The notes under the pieces are model-generated. The model was not told the DNA's origin. It made no database searches and saw nothing but the letters and a program-made list of their open reading frames with translations. From positions 212,046 to 276,045 of the forward strand of contig WRHN01000001.1 of assembly GCA_009783235.1 (NCBI GenBank): 64,000 nucleotides of DNA. Reading direction: 5' to 3'. This stretch comes from Candidatus Saccharimonadota bacterium (GTDB taxonomy: Bacteria > Patescibacteriota > Saccharimonadia > Saccharimonadales > Saccharimonadaceae). Made by a program: the position numbers and the translations under genes. Below, in pieces: positions 56,581 to 64,000 of the stretch; positions within the stretch are counted from its first letter, which is position 1, and each line of letters begins with the position of its first letter.

Positions 56581-57003
56581 TTGAGAGGAAGTGGTTTTAT
56601 GAACGACCCTGTAATCAACATATTGTTAGCTAGCGAAAACAACTTGGGCAGCATAGTCCAACACGTTGCTGCTAAATGGACGACTCGTGTCAAGGGCGGC
56701 CTACGCCATTACGAAAACGCTATTTACACGGCGGGCGACAAACAAACTGGCGAGGAAGTCTTGGTCGTGGTCGGGCGCTGGTCGGATAATCCCGACTGGG
56801 ACGTTAGACTGCGTATTGATTTTAGTTCAATGGTCGACATGGACGTAGAAAACGGCTTGATAGCGTATAGACCTGGTCGTCACGGCTTCATTACGGTAAC
56901 CAACGGATACCAACAAATAGTGGATATCGAAACGGGTATTCCGCAAAATCAGCCTAAAATTCTGCGCGAATTTGCTGAGCGTGTACTAGCATGGATTTTT
57001 TAA
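56581..57003 (+). CDS. hypothetical protein (140 aa)
   Basis: ORF with coding-like composition upstream of tRNA-Trp. No motif recognised. Confidence 0.4.
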   Translation: MRGSGFMNDPVINILLASENNLGSIVQHVAAKWTTRVKGGLRHYENAIYTAGDKQTGEEVLVVVGRWSDNPDWDVRLRIDFSSMVDMDVENGLIAYRPGRHGFITVTNGYQQIVDIETGIPQNQPKILREFAERVLAWIF

Positions 57004-57095
57004 CAAAACTTCAACCTCACCAATGTAAATAGGGGCGAGCCGCGAGCTAGCCCCTATTAAACTATTTGGGCGTTTGTGCTACAATATTGAAGTCT

Positions 57096-57172
57096 ACGGG
57101 TGTAGCTCAGTTGGCTAGAGCACAGGTCTCCAAAACCTGGTGTCGGGAGTTCGAGTCTCTCCACCCGTGCCA
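57096..57172 (+). tRNA. tRNA-Trp (anticodon CCA)
   Basis: Acceptor ACGGGTG/CACCCGT, D-arm GCTCAGTTGGCTAGAGC, anticodon loop CUCCAAA, T-loop TTCGAGT, discriminator G, 3' CCA encoded. Confidence 0.9.
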
Positions 57173-57185
57173 AAAATTATTCAAA

Positions 57186-57228
57186 GAAAAAAGGCCTAGC
57201 GTTTTGTAGGACGCTGGCCTTTTTGTTT
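57186..57228. terminator. bidirectional intrinsic terminator (after tRNA-Trp on the plus strand and the flotillin gene on the minus strand)
   Basis: Hairpin aggcctagcg/cgctggcct flanked by A5 and T5. Confidence 0.6.
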
Positions 57229-57286
57229 TACCATGCTGTAGTGTTCAATAGTATCTTATCTCGGGCAGGTTAGCCTGCGGGCGGGA

Positions 57287-59515
57287 TTAAGAGCTGGTCT
57301 TCTTGCTACGACTCCTAGAGACTTTTTGCTTAGCGATTTGGCCTATCCTAACAACAATTGCGTCGAGATCAGCATCGTCCAGAGGTCCACCATAGCTCTT
57401 GTTGTAACCGCGGACGACTGATTGTGCCATATCAACGATATCGACCGGCGTGCTTGTCATATGATGAGCGTGTATCTGGTTGGCTACGTTGACGACAATA
57501 TCCGTAAGGGCAATTTTGTCATCAATGCCAGTTTCTTTGAGGGCCGCATAGACCTGCGCCATGTCAGACATTTCTTTTTCGCTCAGTCGAGCGCTTGAGC
57601 CTATGGCGTTCTTGATTTCCTCTGGCATTACTGTCTCCAGCGTTGAGTCATCAGGGTGCATAGGCGGCTTTGGCTCGTCATCAGTCGGTTTTTCCTTGGC
57701 TGCTGCTTCAGCTTGTTTTCTTTCTGCAGACGCTGCGTATATGGCCGCTTGCCTATCGGCAGCAGACACCGTCTGTACAACATCTTCTGTCAGCGTGTTG
57801 GCCTCAACTTGTGAGGCCTGCGCTGTCGGTGTCTCGCCAACTTCAATAGCTACTTCTTCAATGGCTTCAGGTGTTGAACGCTGATCACCGAGTGATGATT
57901 TAACTGCGCCAACTCCCGCGGCCATAGCTGCCAATTTTGACGATTCGGCTTGAGGTTGCGCTGGTTTATTGAGAACAGCCGAGGCTAATTGGTTAATCGA
58001 AGTAAGCCCCGATTGACCAGTCAGCACTCCGGACGAAACGTCCATTTGCGCCAAAGCGCTAGGAAGTTTCTTCAAAAAACCAGTCAGTAAATCGTCGCCG
58101 TCGCCGTGACCGCCGCCCCCCATATCAATAATGGTGGCGTTAGTACCAACTTCGGCTACGGCCGTAGCAATGTTATTGGATACTTGAATGCGTGTCTTAC
58201 TTTCAATTTCCGCCAACGTGACTTGCAGATTAACACCTTCTTGCTCAGCTAATGCTTCAGCTTTAGCCTTCTCGGCCTCGGCTTCTGCCAAGCCTTTCTC
58301 GCGAATAGCTGCGGCTTCCGCTCTACCTTCTGCTTCAATGCCCGCTGCATTCGCTTCGCGTGTTTTACGAATAAAATCAGCTTCTGCTGCGGCTTCCGTC
58401 TTGCGAGCCTCGGCCTTGCCCTCGGCCAGTCTTTGTGCTGCCGTGGCTTGACCGCCAGCTTTTCTTTCTGCAGATCTAGCTTCTGCGTCAGCATCTCTCT
58501 CAGCGACCACAACTCTGGCTTCAGCGTCGATTCCAGCTTGTTCAGCTGCTGCTTGTGCCTCAATGACCTGTCGTTGCTTGGCTGTTTCAGCTTCTGTTGT
58601 TACAACAGCTCTGCGGGCTTCTGCAGCTGCTTTTTGCTGGTTTTCTCGTTCCACAGCAACTGCTCCCTCTCTAGTAGCGAGCTCTCTCTCCTGTTCCTGT
58701 TCGCGAATTCTTCCTGCATAAATAGCATCTTGCGTGGCTTTGTCGGTCTCGGCTTGATAACCAGCCTGTTTCAATTGCAAGTCACGCTGTTTTTCCGCAA
58801 CCGCTAGCTCTTTATTCAAGCGAGCTGCCTCAGACGCTTGGCTAGTTGCCGCCGCCGTCTCAGCAATAGATTGCTCTTCTCGAGCTGTCAAATTTTCAGC
58901 TTCTCGTCTTTTTTCTTCGCGGTCCCTGGCTGCTAGGTTGTCATAATGACCCTTGCCGTCTTTGACCTCAGTGATATTTAACGAAATAAGCTTGAACCCG
59001 AGTTCGGCCATGCGCTCTTTCACATTTGCTTCAATGTCTCCCTTGAATTTATCGCGACCTTGGATAACTTCTTCTGGAGTCAAATTAGCTACAACTGCAC
59101 GCACTTCGCCTTCAAGAGTTTGCTGCAGTGAGTTTTTGATTTCCTCGTCTTTTTTGCCGATAAATCCCATGACAGCTTTCGCTAGCGAACCCTCAACTTC
59201 AATATCAGGTTTTAACTGGGCTGTCCACCTCACCACAACAGGCACAACGGTCTTGGTCTGCGTTTCTTTGTCATCAGATTCTACTGTCATAACCGCCAGA
59301 GAAAAAAAATCGTGTCTCCTAAATGGAGAAACAAACGCCCCCCCCGACACCAAAACTGTAGGTCCATTTCTCTTTTTTCCACCGGAGATAACAAGAGCAT
59401 GATTAGGCTTGGCAATCTTATAACGCAACTTAAAAATAATAAATCCGATAATAAGAACTACAAGTACTACTGGTATCCACAGAAAAACCACCAATGTGTT
59501 TAACAACGCTTCCAT
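57287..59515 (-). CDS. flotillin-like SPFH/band-7 protein with a very long E/A/K/Q-rich coiled-coil region and C-terminal domain
   Basis: N-terminal TM, then an SPFH domain (LVISGGKKRNGP...PVVVRWTAQL...). About 290 aa of EA-repeat coiled coil. 742 aa in total. Confidence 0.75.
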   Translation of the reverse strand: MEALLNTLVVFLWIPVVLVVLIIGFIIFKLRYKIAKPNHALVISGGKKRNGPTVLVSGGAFVSPFRRHDFFSLAVMTVESDDKETQTKTVVPVVVRWTAQLKPDIEVEGSLAKAVMGFIGKKDEEIKNSLQQTLEGEVRAVVANLTPEEVIQGRDKFKGDIEANVKERMAELGFKLISLNITEVKDGKGHYDNLAARDREEKRREAENLTAREEQSIAETAAATSQASEAARLNKELAVAEKQRDLQLKQAGYQAETDKATQDAIYAGRIREQEQERELATREGAVAVERENQQKAAAEARRAVVTTEAETAKQRQVIEAQAAAEQAGIDAEARVVVAERDADAEARSAERKAGGQATAAQRLAEGKAEARKTEAAAEADFIRKTREANAAGIEAEGRAEAAAIREKGLAEAEAEKAKAEALAEQEGVNLQVTLAEIESKTRIQVSNNIATAVAEVGTNATIIDMGGGGHGDGDDLLTGFLKKLPSALAQMDVSSGVLTGQSGLTSINQLASAVLNKPAQPQAESSKLAAMAAGVGAVKSSLGDQRSTPEAIEEVAIEVGETPTAQASQVEANTLTEDVVQTVSAADRQAAIYAASAERKQAEAAAKEKPTDDEPKPPMHPDDSTLETVMPEEIKNAIGSSARLSEKEMSDMAQVYAALKETGIDDKIALTDIVVNVANQIHAHHMTSTPVDIVDMAQSVVRGYNKSYGGPLDDADLDAIVVRIGQIAKQKVSRSRSKKTSS

Positions 59516-59706
59516 AGAACTTCTCCTTTCAGGTAGCCTAAAGTGGCTCGGTATGGTGTGAGATTATGAAAATTCAAACCTTCGCATGGTAAAAGATTAA
59601 AAGAACTTCATATTCTCACTTAACAAAAATACAACACGTAAAGTATAGCATGATATTTTAAATACGTCGATATAACAAACTAATTTTAATCAGAAGCGTT
59701 ATGGCG

Positions 59707-60441
59707 TTACAGCGTTACGCTAAAAATTTGCGCTATGTGGTGGTGATAAACTTGGTTGCACTCGGTATCTTGGTCGTTCGGATTGCCGTTGCGGTCTTGG
59801 CACAGTTCAGCTGGCACTTTGGTAATTGAATTTGTAAAAATATATCCCACTCCCATTGATTTAAACTCTGGGCGCAGGATATTTTCTCTGTGTCCAGGGC
59901 TCGCCATCCAGGCGTCGAACACTGTCTGAGCGGTGCCGTAACCAATCGCCAGGTTCTCGCCGTTCATCAGTGAAGTGTTCAGGCTATACCATTGCTGCCC
60001 GTTAGGCCTGGTGTGGCTAAACAGCGCGATAGTCTCTTTGGCGCGCACCTCAGCCAACGGAATCAAATCATCTTTGCAACCCAGAATACCCAGGCCGTTA
60101 GCGGCGCGCGTAATGTTCACTAAATCTAGCACGTCGTTCGACAAGGCTATGCTGATCTCGGAGCCGCCACTCGTACATTTAGTAGCTGGTGGTGCCGTCT
60201 GTGCCACTGGCGGTTCAGCTTGGATCGTGCTAGCCGCCGATTCCCTCTTGGCCTGTTCTGCTAGTTCTGCCCTAAGCGCTTCAAAAAAATCTGGCAATTT
60301 GCTATCAAACGAAGTGTTCGTTTCTACCTGCGGCGGCGGATCGTTGGGAATTTGCGAAAAACTATATTTAACATAAAAATACAGGCAGCTAGTTATTGAG
60401 AGTATCATGATAATGGTTAAGGCAAAGTTTCGAGTTTTCAA
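59707..60441 (-). CDS. secreted/membrane-anchored CAP-domain (SCP/PR-1, YkwD-like) protein
   Basis: N-terminal TM/signal anchor and a C-terminal CAP domain with GHRENIL...FKSMGVGY (YkwD signature). Confidence 0.7.
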   Translation of the reverse strand: MKTRNFALTIIMILSITSCLYFYVKYSFSQIPNDPPPQVETNTSFDSKLPDFFEALRAELAEQAKRESAASTIQAEPPVAQTAPPATKCTSGGSEISIALSNDVLDLVNITRAANGLGILGCKDDLIPLAEVRAKETIALFSHTRPNGQQWYSLNTSLMNGENLAIGYGTAQTVFDAWMASPGHRENILRPEFKSMGVGYIFTNSITKVPAELCQDRNGNPNDQDTECNQVYHHHIAQIFSVTL

Positions 60442-60667
60442 ATTATTATCTTTCTAAAATATTTATGTTTAAATTATGTCGTTATTGTAAATTAAAACTG
60501 CGTGAAAGTCAAGGCGGAAAATAACTGCATTTTGCGCGGTTTTTCGTAGCATGCTGGCCGAGTTGATACAGTCGTAAAAACAGAGTAAATGTTGTTAATT
60601 TGACAACAAAATTGTTCATAGTGTGCAAAAAAACACAAAATTTGTTCAACTTTCTCGAAGAAAACGC

Positions 60668-60696
60668 TTGAAATGTGCTTATGAATGGTCTATAAT
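60668..60696 (+). promoter_or_regulatory. sigma70-type promoter TTGAAA-17 nt-TATAAT immediately upstream of the GT4 gene (possible leaderless or near-leaderless mRNA)
   Basis: -35 at 60668-60673 and -10 TATAAT at 60691-60696. The first ATG (60706) lies about 10 nt downstream of the -10. Confidence 0.5.
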
Positions 60697-60705
60697 TATT
60701 AAGCA

Positions 60706-61941
60706 ATGAGACTACTAATGCTTGGCTGGGAACTTCCACCACATAACTCAGGAGGGTTAGGTGTGGCGTGCTTTCATATGGCCAAAGCTTTGAGCCACAA
60801 GGGCGTTGATATTGATTTTGTCTTGCCAAGTGGCCAAGATTATTCTGAAATAGATTTTATGAAAGTTCACGCGGTGCCGTCGTTGAAAAAAACAAAGACT
60901 ATCAAAACTCTAAATAAACGCTGCATGACTGACAGCCCTGAACTTGACCCTTACACTGGTGATTATCATAAGATTCGCTCTGTGCAAGAAAATTATATTG
61001 ATTACATCGAGAGACTGGTAACGACTAATCACTACGAAGCTATTCACGCTCACGACTGGCTGACTATGGAGGCCGGCATTCGAGCCAAGGAGGTTTCTGG
61101 TATACCGCTGGTTGTCCAGGTACATGCTACTGAGTTTGATCGTGCTGGTGGTGGCGATGGCAATCCTTTGATTCACGATATTGAATATCAAGGTTTAATG
61201 ATGGCTGACCGTATTATCGCGGTGTCAAAACTTACTAAAGATTTGATTGTCAAAAAATACAGCATTCCATCGGACAAAATCGAAGTTGTGCACAATGCTC
61301 TGGCTCGCGAAGAGCTGGAAAAAGTAGAGGTCGAGGGCGACAATTATCGCTATTTAGATTTTATGCGCGAACGTGGCTACATGATTGTAACTATTGGCGG
61401 GACGCGCCACACCATCCAAAAAGGGTTGACTTTTTTGCTGGAAGGTTTTAAAAAGGCGCTGGACATTTACCCGAAGATGATTTTGGTGATGTCGGGCGAC
61501 GGCGAACAACGCGACGAGCTGCTTGAGCGGACTGCCAGCCTGGGTATTACTGAGAATGTAGTTTTTACTGGTTTTGTGCGCGGTGCTAAATGGCGCGAAC
61601 TGTATATGCAAGGCGATGTTTTCGTCATGAGTTCGGTGTCTGAACCGTTTGGCCTAACTGCCCTAGAGGCCGCTGCTCATAACACGGCGCTAGTGCTTAC
61701 TAAACAATCTGGCGTGGCTGAACAGATTAACAGCGTGCTCAAATATGATTTTTGGGACACCGACAGATTAGCTGACGACCTAGTCAATCTAGCACTGTCT
61801 CCCGCCCTGCAGGATTCCTTGAAAGAAAATGTCGCTGGAGAATACATTAAATACAACTGGGGTCATGCTGCCGATAAGTTCATGCGCCAATACACCAGCG
61901 CGTCGCACGGTGCGCGCCAGAGAGGAGCGGCATATGCCTAA
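60706..61941 (+). CDS. glycogen/starch-synthase-like glycosyltransferase (GT4/GT5-type GT-B fold)
   Basis: N-terminus MRLLMLGWELPP...GGLGVACFHMAKAL (GlgA-like ADP-glucose pocket) and C-terminal EPFGLTALEAAAH (the GT-B E-x7-E region). Confidence 0.7.
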   Translation: MRLLMLGWELPPHNSGGLGVACFHMAKALSHKGVDIDFVLPSGQDYSEIDFMKVHAVPSLKKTKTIKTLNKRCMTDSPELDPYTGDYHKIRSVQENYIDYIERLVTTNHYEAIHAHDWLTMEAGIRAKEVSGIPLVVQVHATEFDRAGGGDGNPLIHDIEYQGLMMADRIIAVSKLTKDLIVKKYSIPSDKIEVVHNALAREELEKVEVEGDNYRYLDFMRERGYMIVTIGGTRHTIQKGLTFLLEGFKKALDIYPKMILVMSGDGEQRDELLERTASLGITENVVFTGFVRGAKWRELYMQGDVFVMSSVSEPFGLTALEAAAHNTALVLTKQSGVAEQINSVLKYDFWDTDRLADDLVNLALSPALQDSLKENVAGEYIKYNWGHAADKFMRQYTSASHGARQRGAAYA

Positions 61942-63112
61942 GAGTATTTGTTTGTATCTTCACGTTCACCAGCCGTTTCGTTTTCGCACTTATTCGATTT
62001 TTGACGTGGCCAAAAACCACAATTATTACGGCCCTGGCGACAAAGAAATCTTTCGCAAGGTGGCCGAAAAATCTTACTTGCCGACGAATAAAATCTTATT
62101 AAAGTTGCTAAAGAAATATCCAGAATTTAAGGTCAGTCTATCAATGAGTGGTACGCTTATTGAACAGTGCGAACTTTGGGGGCCAGATGTGTTGAAGTCA
62201 TTCAAAGCGCTGGTAGCGACTGGCAAGGTAGAGATTTTGGCCGAAACATATTATCACTCGTTGGCCTGGTTTTACTCACGCGCCGAATTTGTGCGACAAG
62301 TGGCGGCTCACGAGGCGAAAATCTTCGAAGTTTTTGGTGTTCGTCCTACGGCTTTTCGCAACACCGAACTAGCCTATAATAACGACCTAGCGCGTTGGGC
62401 CGACGAAGCTGGTTACAAGGCGATTATCGCAGAAGGCTGGGAAGGTACTTTGTCCTGGCGCAGCCCTAACTATGTTTATCGTCCGCACGACACTAAAGAC
62501 ATTAAGTTGCTGACCAAGAACTATAAATTGTCCGATGATTTGGCCTTTCGTTTCTCTAACCGTTCCTGGAAAGAATATCCTCTAACGGCGGAAAAATACC
62601 TGACTTGGCTGGACGCCGAAGATGCACCGCTGGTCAATTTGTTTATGGATTATGAGACTTTCGGCGAACACCAGTGGGCAGATTCGGGTATTTTTGAACT
62701 GTTAGAAGAAATTCCTAAGCGTTGGCTGGCTCTTCCCGGGCACTCATTCGTTACTGTGTCTGAGGCGGCCGAGCTTGACGAACCGCGCGACTTTATTGAC
62801 TGCCCTCACACCATGACTTGGGCTGACACTGAACGCGATTTGACCGCCTGGTTGGGCAATAAAATGCAGCAGGAATCGCAGCGCATTCTCTACTCATTTG
62901 AATCTGCAGTGATTAATTCTGGCGACGAGGCCTTGATTCGCGATTGGCGCTTGATGACTATTTCTGACCACCCCTATTATATGTGCACCAAATATTTCTC
63001 AGACGGCGATGTTCACGCTTACTTTAGTGTCTACGACTCGCCTTACGACGCTTTCGTCTATTATTCAAATGTCTTAAAAGACTTGCATTTCCGCATTAAC
63101 GATAAAAAATAG
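61933..63112 (+). CDS. glycoside hydrolase family 57 protein (alpha-glucan branching / amylolytic enzyme)
   Basis: N-terminal LYLHVHQPFR (GH57 HQP signature) and downstream GH57 regions (EAAELDEPRDF, WADSG). Overlaps the GT4 stop by 9 nt. Confidence 0.75.
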
Positions 63113-63182
63113 CGGCGCGGCGCAACATTAAAAGAGCCCTCGGTGGGGTCTTTTATTTATAATTATGAATCTAGTAGAGACG

Positions 63183-63836
63183 CTATATAGACGAACGATG
63201 TTTTTGCGTCTGGCGCACCGTTTTGATTTTCGAGGTCTTGAGCTTTTTCTCCAGTGCATCGGCTTTGTCGTCCATTTCATATTCGCGGTAAGTAGAAATT
63301 AGCACCTCAATTATCTGCTTGCTAGGCGCCAACAGGGCCGCTTTTTCTAGGTGCGTGATTACTTTGTTTTTTTCGCCCAGTTTCTCTTGCACCTTAGCGT
63401 AGGCGATGTGCCGCGTAGCCACATCATCTTCAGATTCCAGAGCTTGAGCTAACGCCTGCGAAGCGCGCTCATAGTCGCCCATCTCAAAATATAGCATGCC
63501 TACGTTGTGCAAATTGGACGCACTGGGGTCAAGGCTCTGAGCAATCTCGAAACATTCTATAGCATCTCTAAATTCTTTTTCTTTGGCGTACAGCAACCCC
63601 AAACGATTATAAGCCGCCGCGTTTTTGTTGTCCACTTGCAACATAGTCAACAGAATTTTTTCCGCTCTAAGATAATGCTTACTTTTGATTGAATCGCGCG
63701 ACATCACCCAAAGCTTATCCAGCTGTTCCGCTAGACGCGGTGGTTTATTTTCTTTCAGCTCAGCCACGCTGGGGGTATAAAGCACCACGAAGATGCCTAA
63801 CCCAGCCAGTAACAGAACTCCTATAAAACCCATCAT
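63183..63836 (-). CDS. TPR-repeat protein with an N-terminal membrane anchor
   Basis: N-terminal TM (MMGFIGVLLLAGLGIFVVLY) and at least three TPR-like repeats (AAYNRLGLLYAKEKEFRDAIECFEIAQSLDP, ...). Confidence 0.65.
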   Translation of the reverse strand: MMGFIGVLLLAGLGIFVVLYTPSVAELKENKPPRLAEQLDKLWVMSRDSIKSKHYLRAEKILLTMLQVDNKNAAAYNRLGLLYAKEKEFRDAIECFEIAQSLDPSASNLHNVGMLYFEMGDYERASQALAQALESEDDVATRHIAYAKVQEKLGEKNKVITHLEKAALLAPSKQIIEVLISTYREYEMDDKADALEKKLKTSKIKTVRQTQKHRSSI

Positions 63837-64000
63837 AATCGGTTTTATTATATCACGAACCGGCCAGGCCTAACAACCCTACACCCTAGGTGCCCCCTCC
63901 CTATACAGCACGGTCTGTATATTGCTATCAATAGACTTTCTAAATCCATACTCTTGTAGCCACACATTACTGCTGTACTTCAGTACCTCAGCTGGTGTTG

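Noticed and set aside
57096-57172. tRNA-Trp as an integration site for a mobile element (flotillin/CAP-domain genes as cargo)
   Set aside because: No integrase or recombinase is present. No direct repeat of the tRNA 3' end was spotted downstream. The flanking genes are on both sides and look chromosomal. Not supported.
57561-58807. Plus-strand ORFs (107, 87, 124 aa) with Ala/Ser/Cys-rich translations
   Set aside because: They are antisense to the flotillin coiled-coil region, an artefact of the GCn repeat composition.
60509-60829. 106-aa minus-strand ORF
   Set aside because: It spans the GT4 promoter and the start of the GT4 gene, on the opposite strand to all local signals, so it is spurious.

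Overview
Dense, mostly minus-strand coding window from a small-genome, monoderm-type bacterium. The gene content resembles Candidate Phyla Radiation / Saccharibacteria-like lineages: class III anaerobic RNR nrdDG, sortase with an LPXTG-type substrate, GH57/GT35/GH15 alpha-glucan enzymes, acetate kinase, many short gene overlaps, and a lone PurC-like protein. Confident calls: topA, nrdD/nrdG, xth, smpB, dus, a UvrD-type helicase fused to a PD-(D/E)xK nuclease, ABC transporter, rlmD-like methyltransferase, ackA, alpha-glucan phosphorylase, leuS, trpS, rplL/rplJ/rplA, nusG, secE, murB, a histidine kinase, a receiver-only response regulator, flotillin, a 16S rRNA gene (minus strand, unlinked to 23S) and three tRNAs (Ala-GGC, Leu-CAG, Trp-CCA). 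Points worth a second look: (1) a paralogous pair of membrane-anchored extracellular proteins sharing a conserved Cys-containing domain, one carrying a G9 homopolymer; (2) a sortase plus an MPKTG-anchored surface protein with tandem Ig-like repeats; (3) a disrupted secE-nusG-(rplK missing)-rplA-rplJ-rplL cluster with foreign insertions and an N-terminally extended L1; (4) an isolated 16S gene followed by leuS, with an expanded V1 helix; (5) a promoter-terminator unit of about 65 nt that may be a small RNA; (6) a stand-alone DnaJ-type CxxCxGxG x4 mini-protein. No CRISPR array, transposase or prophage signature was seen. All calls come from reading the sequence and the ORF translations; no database search was run.
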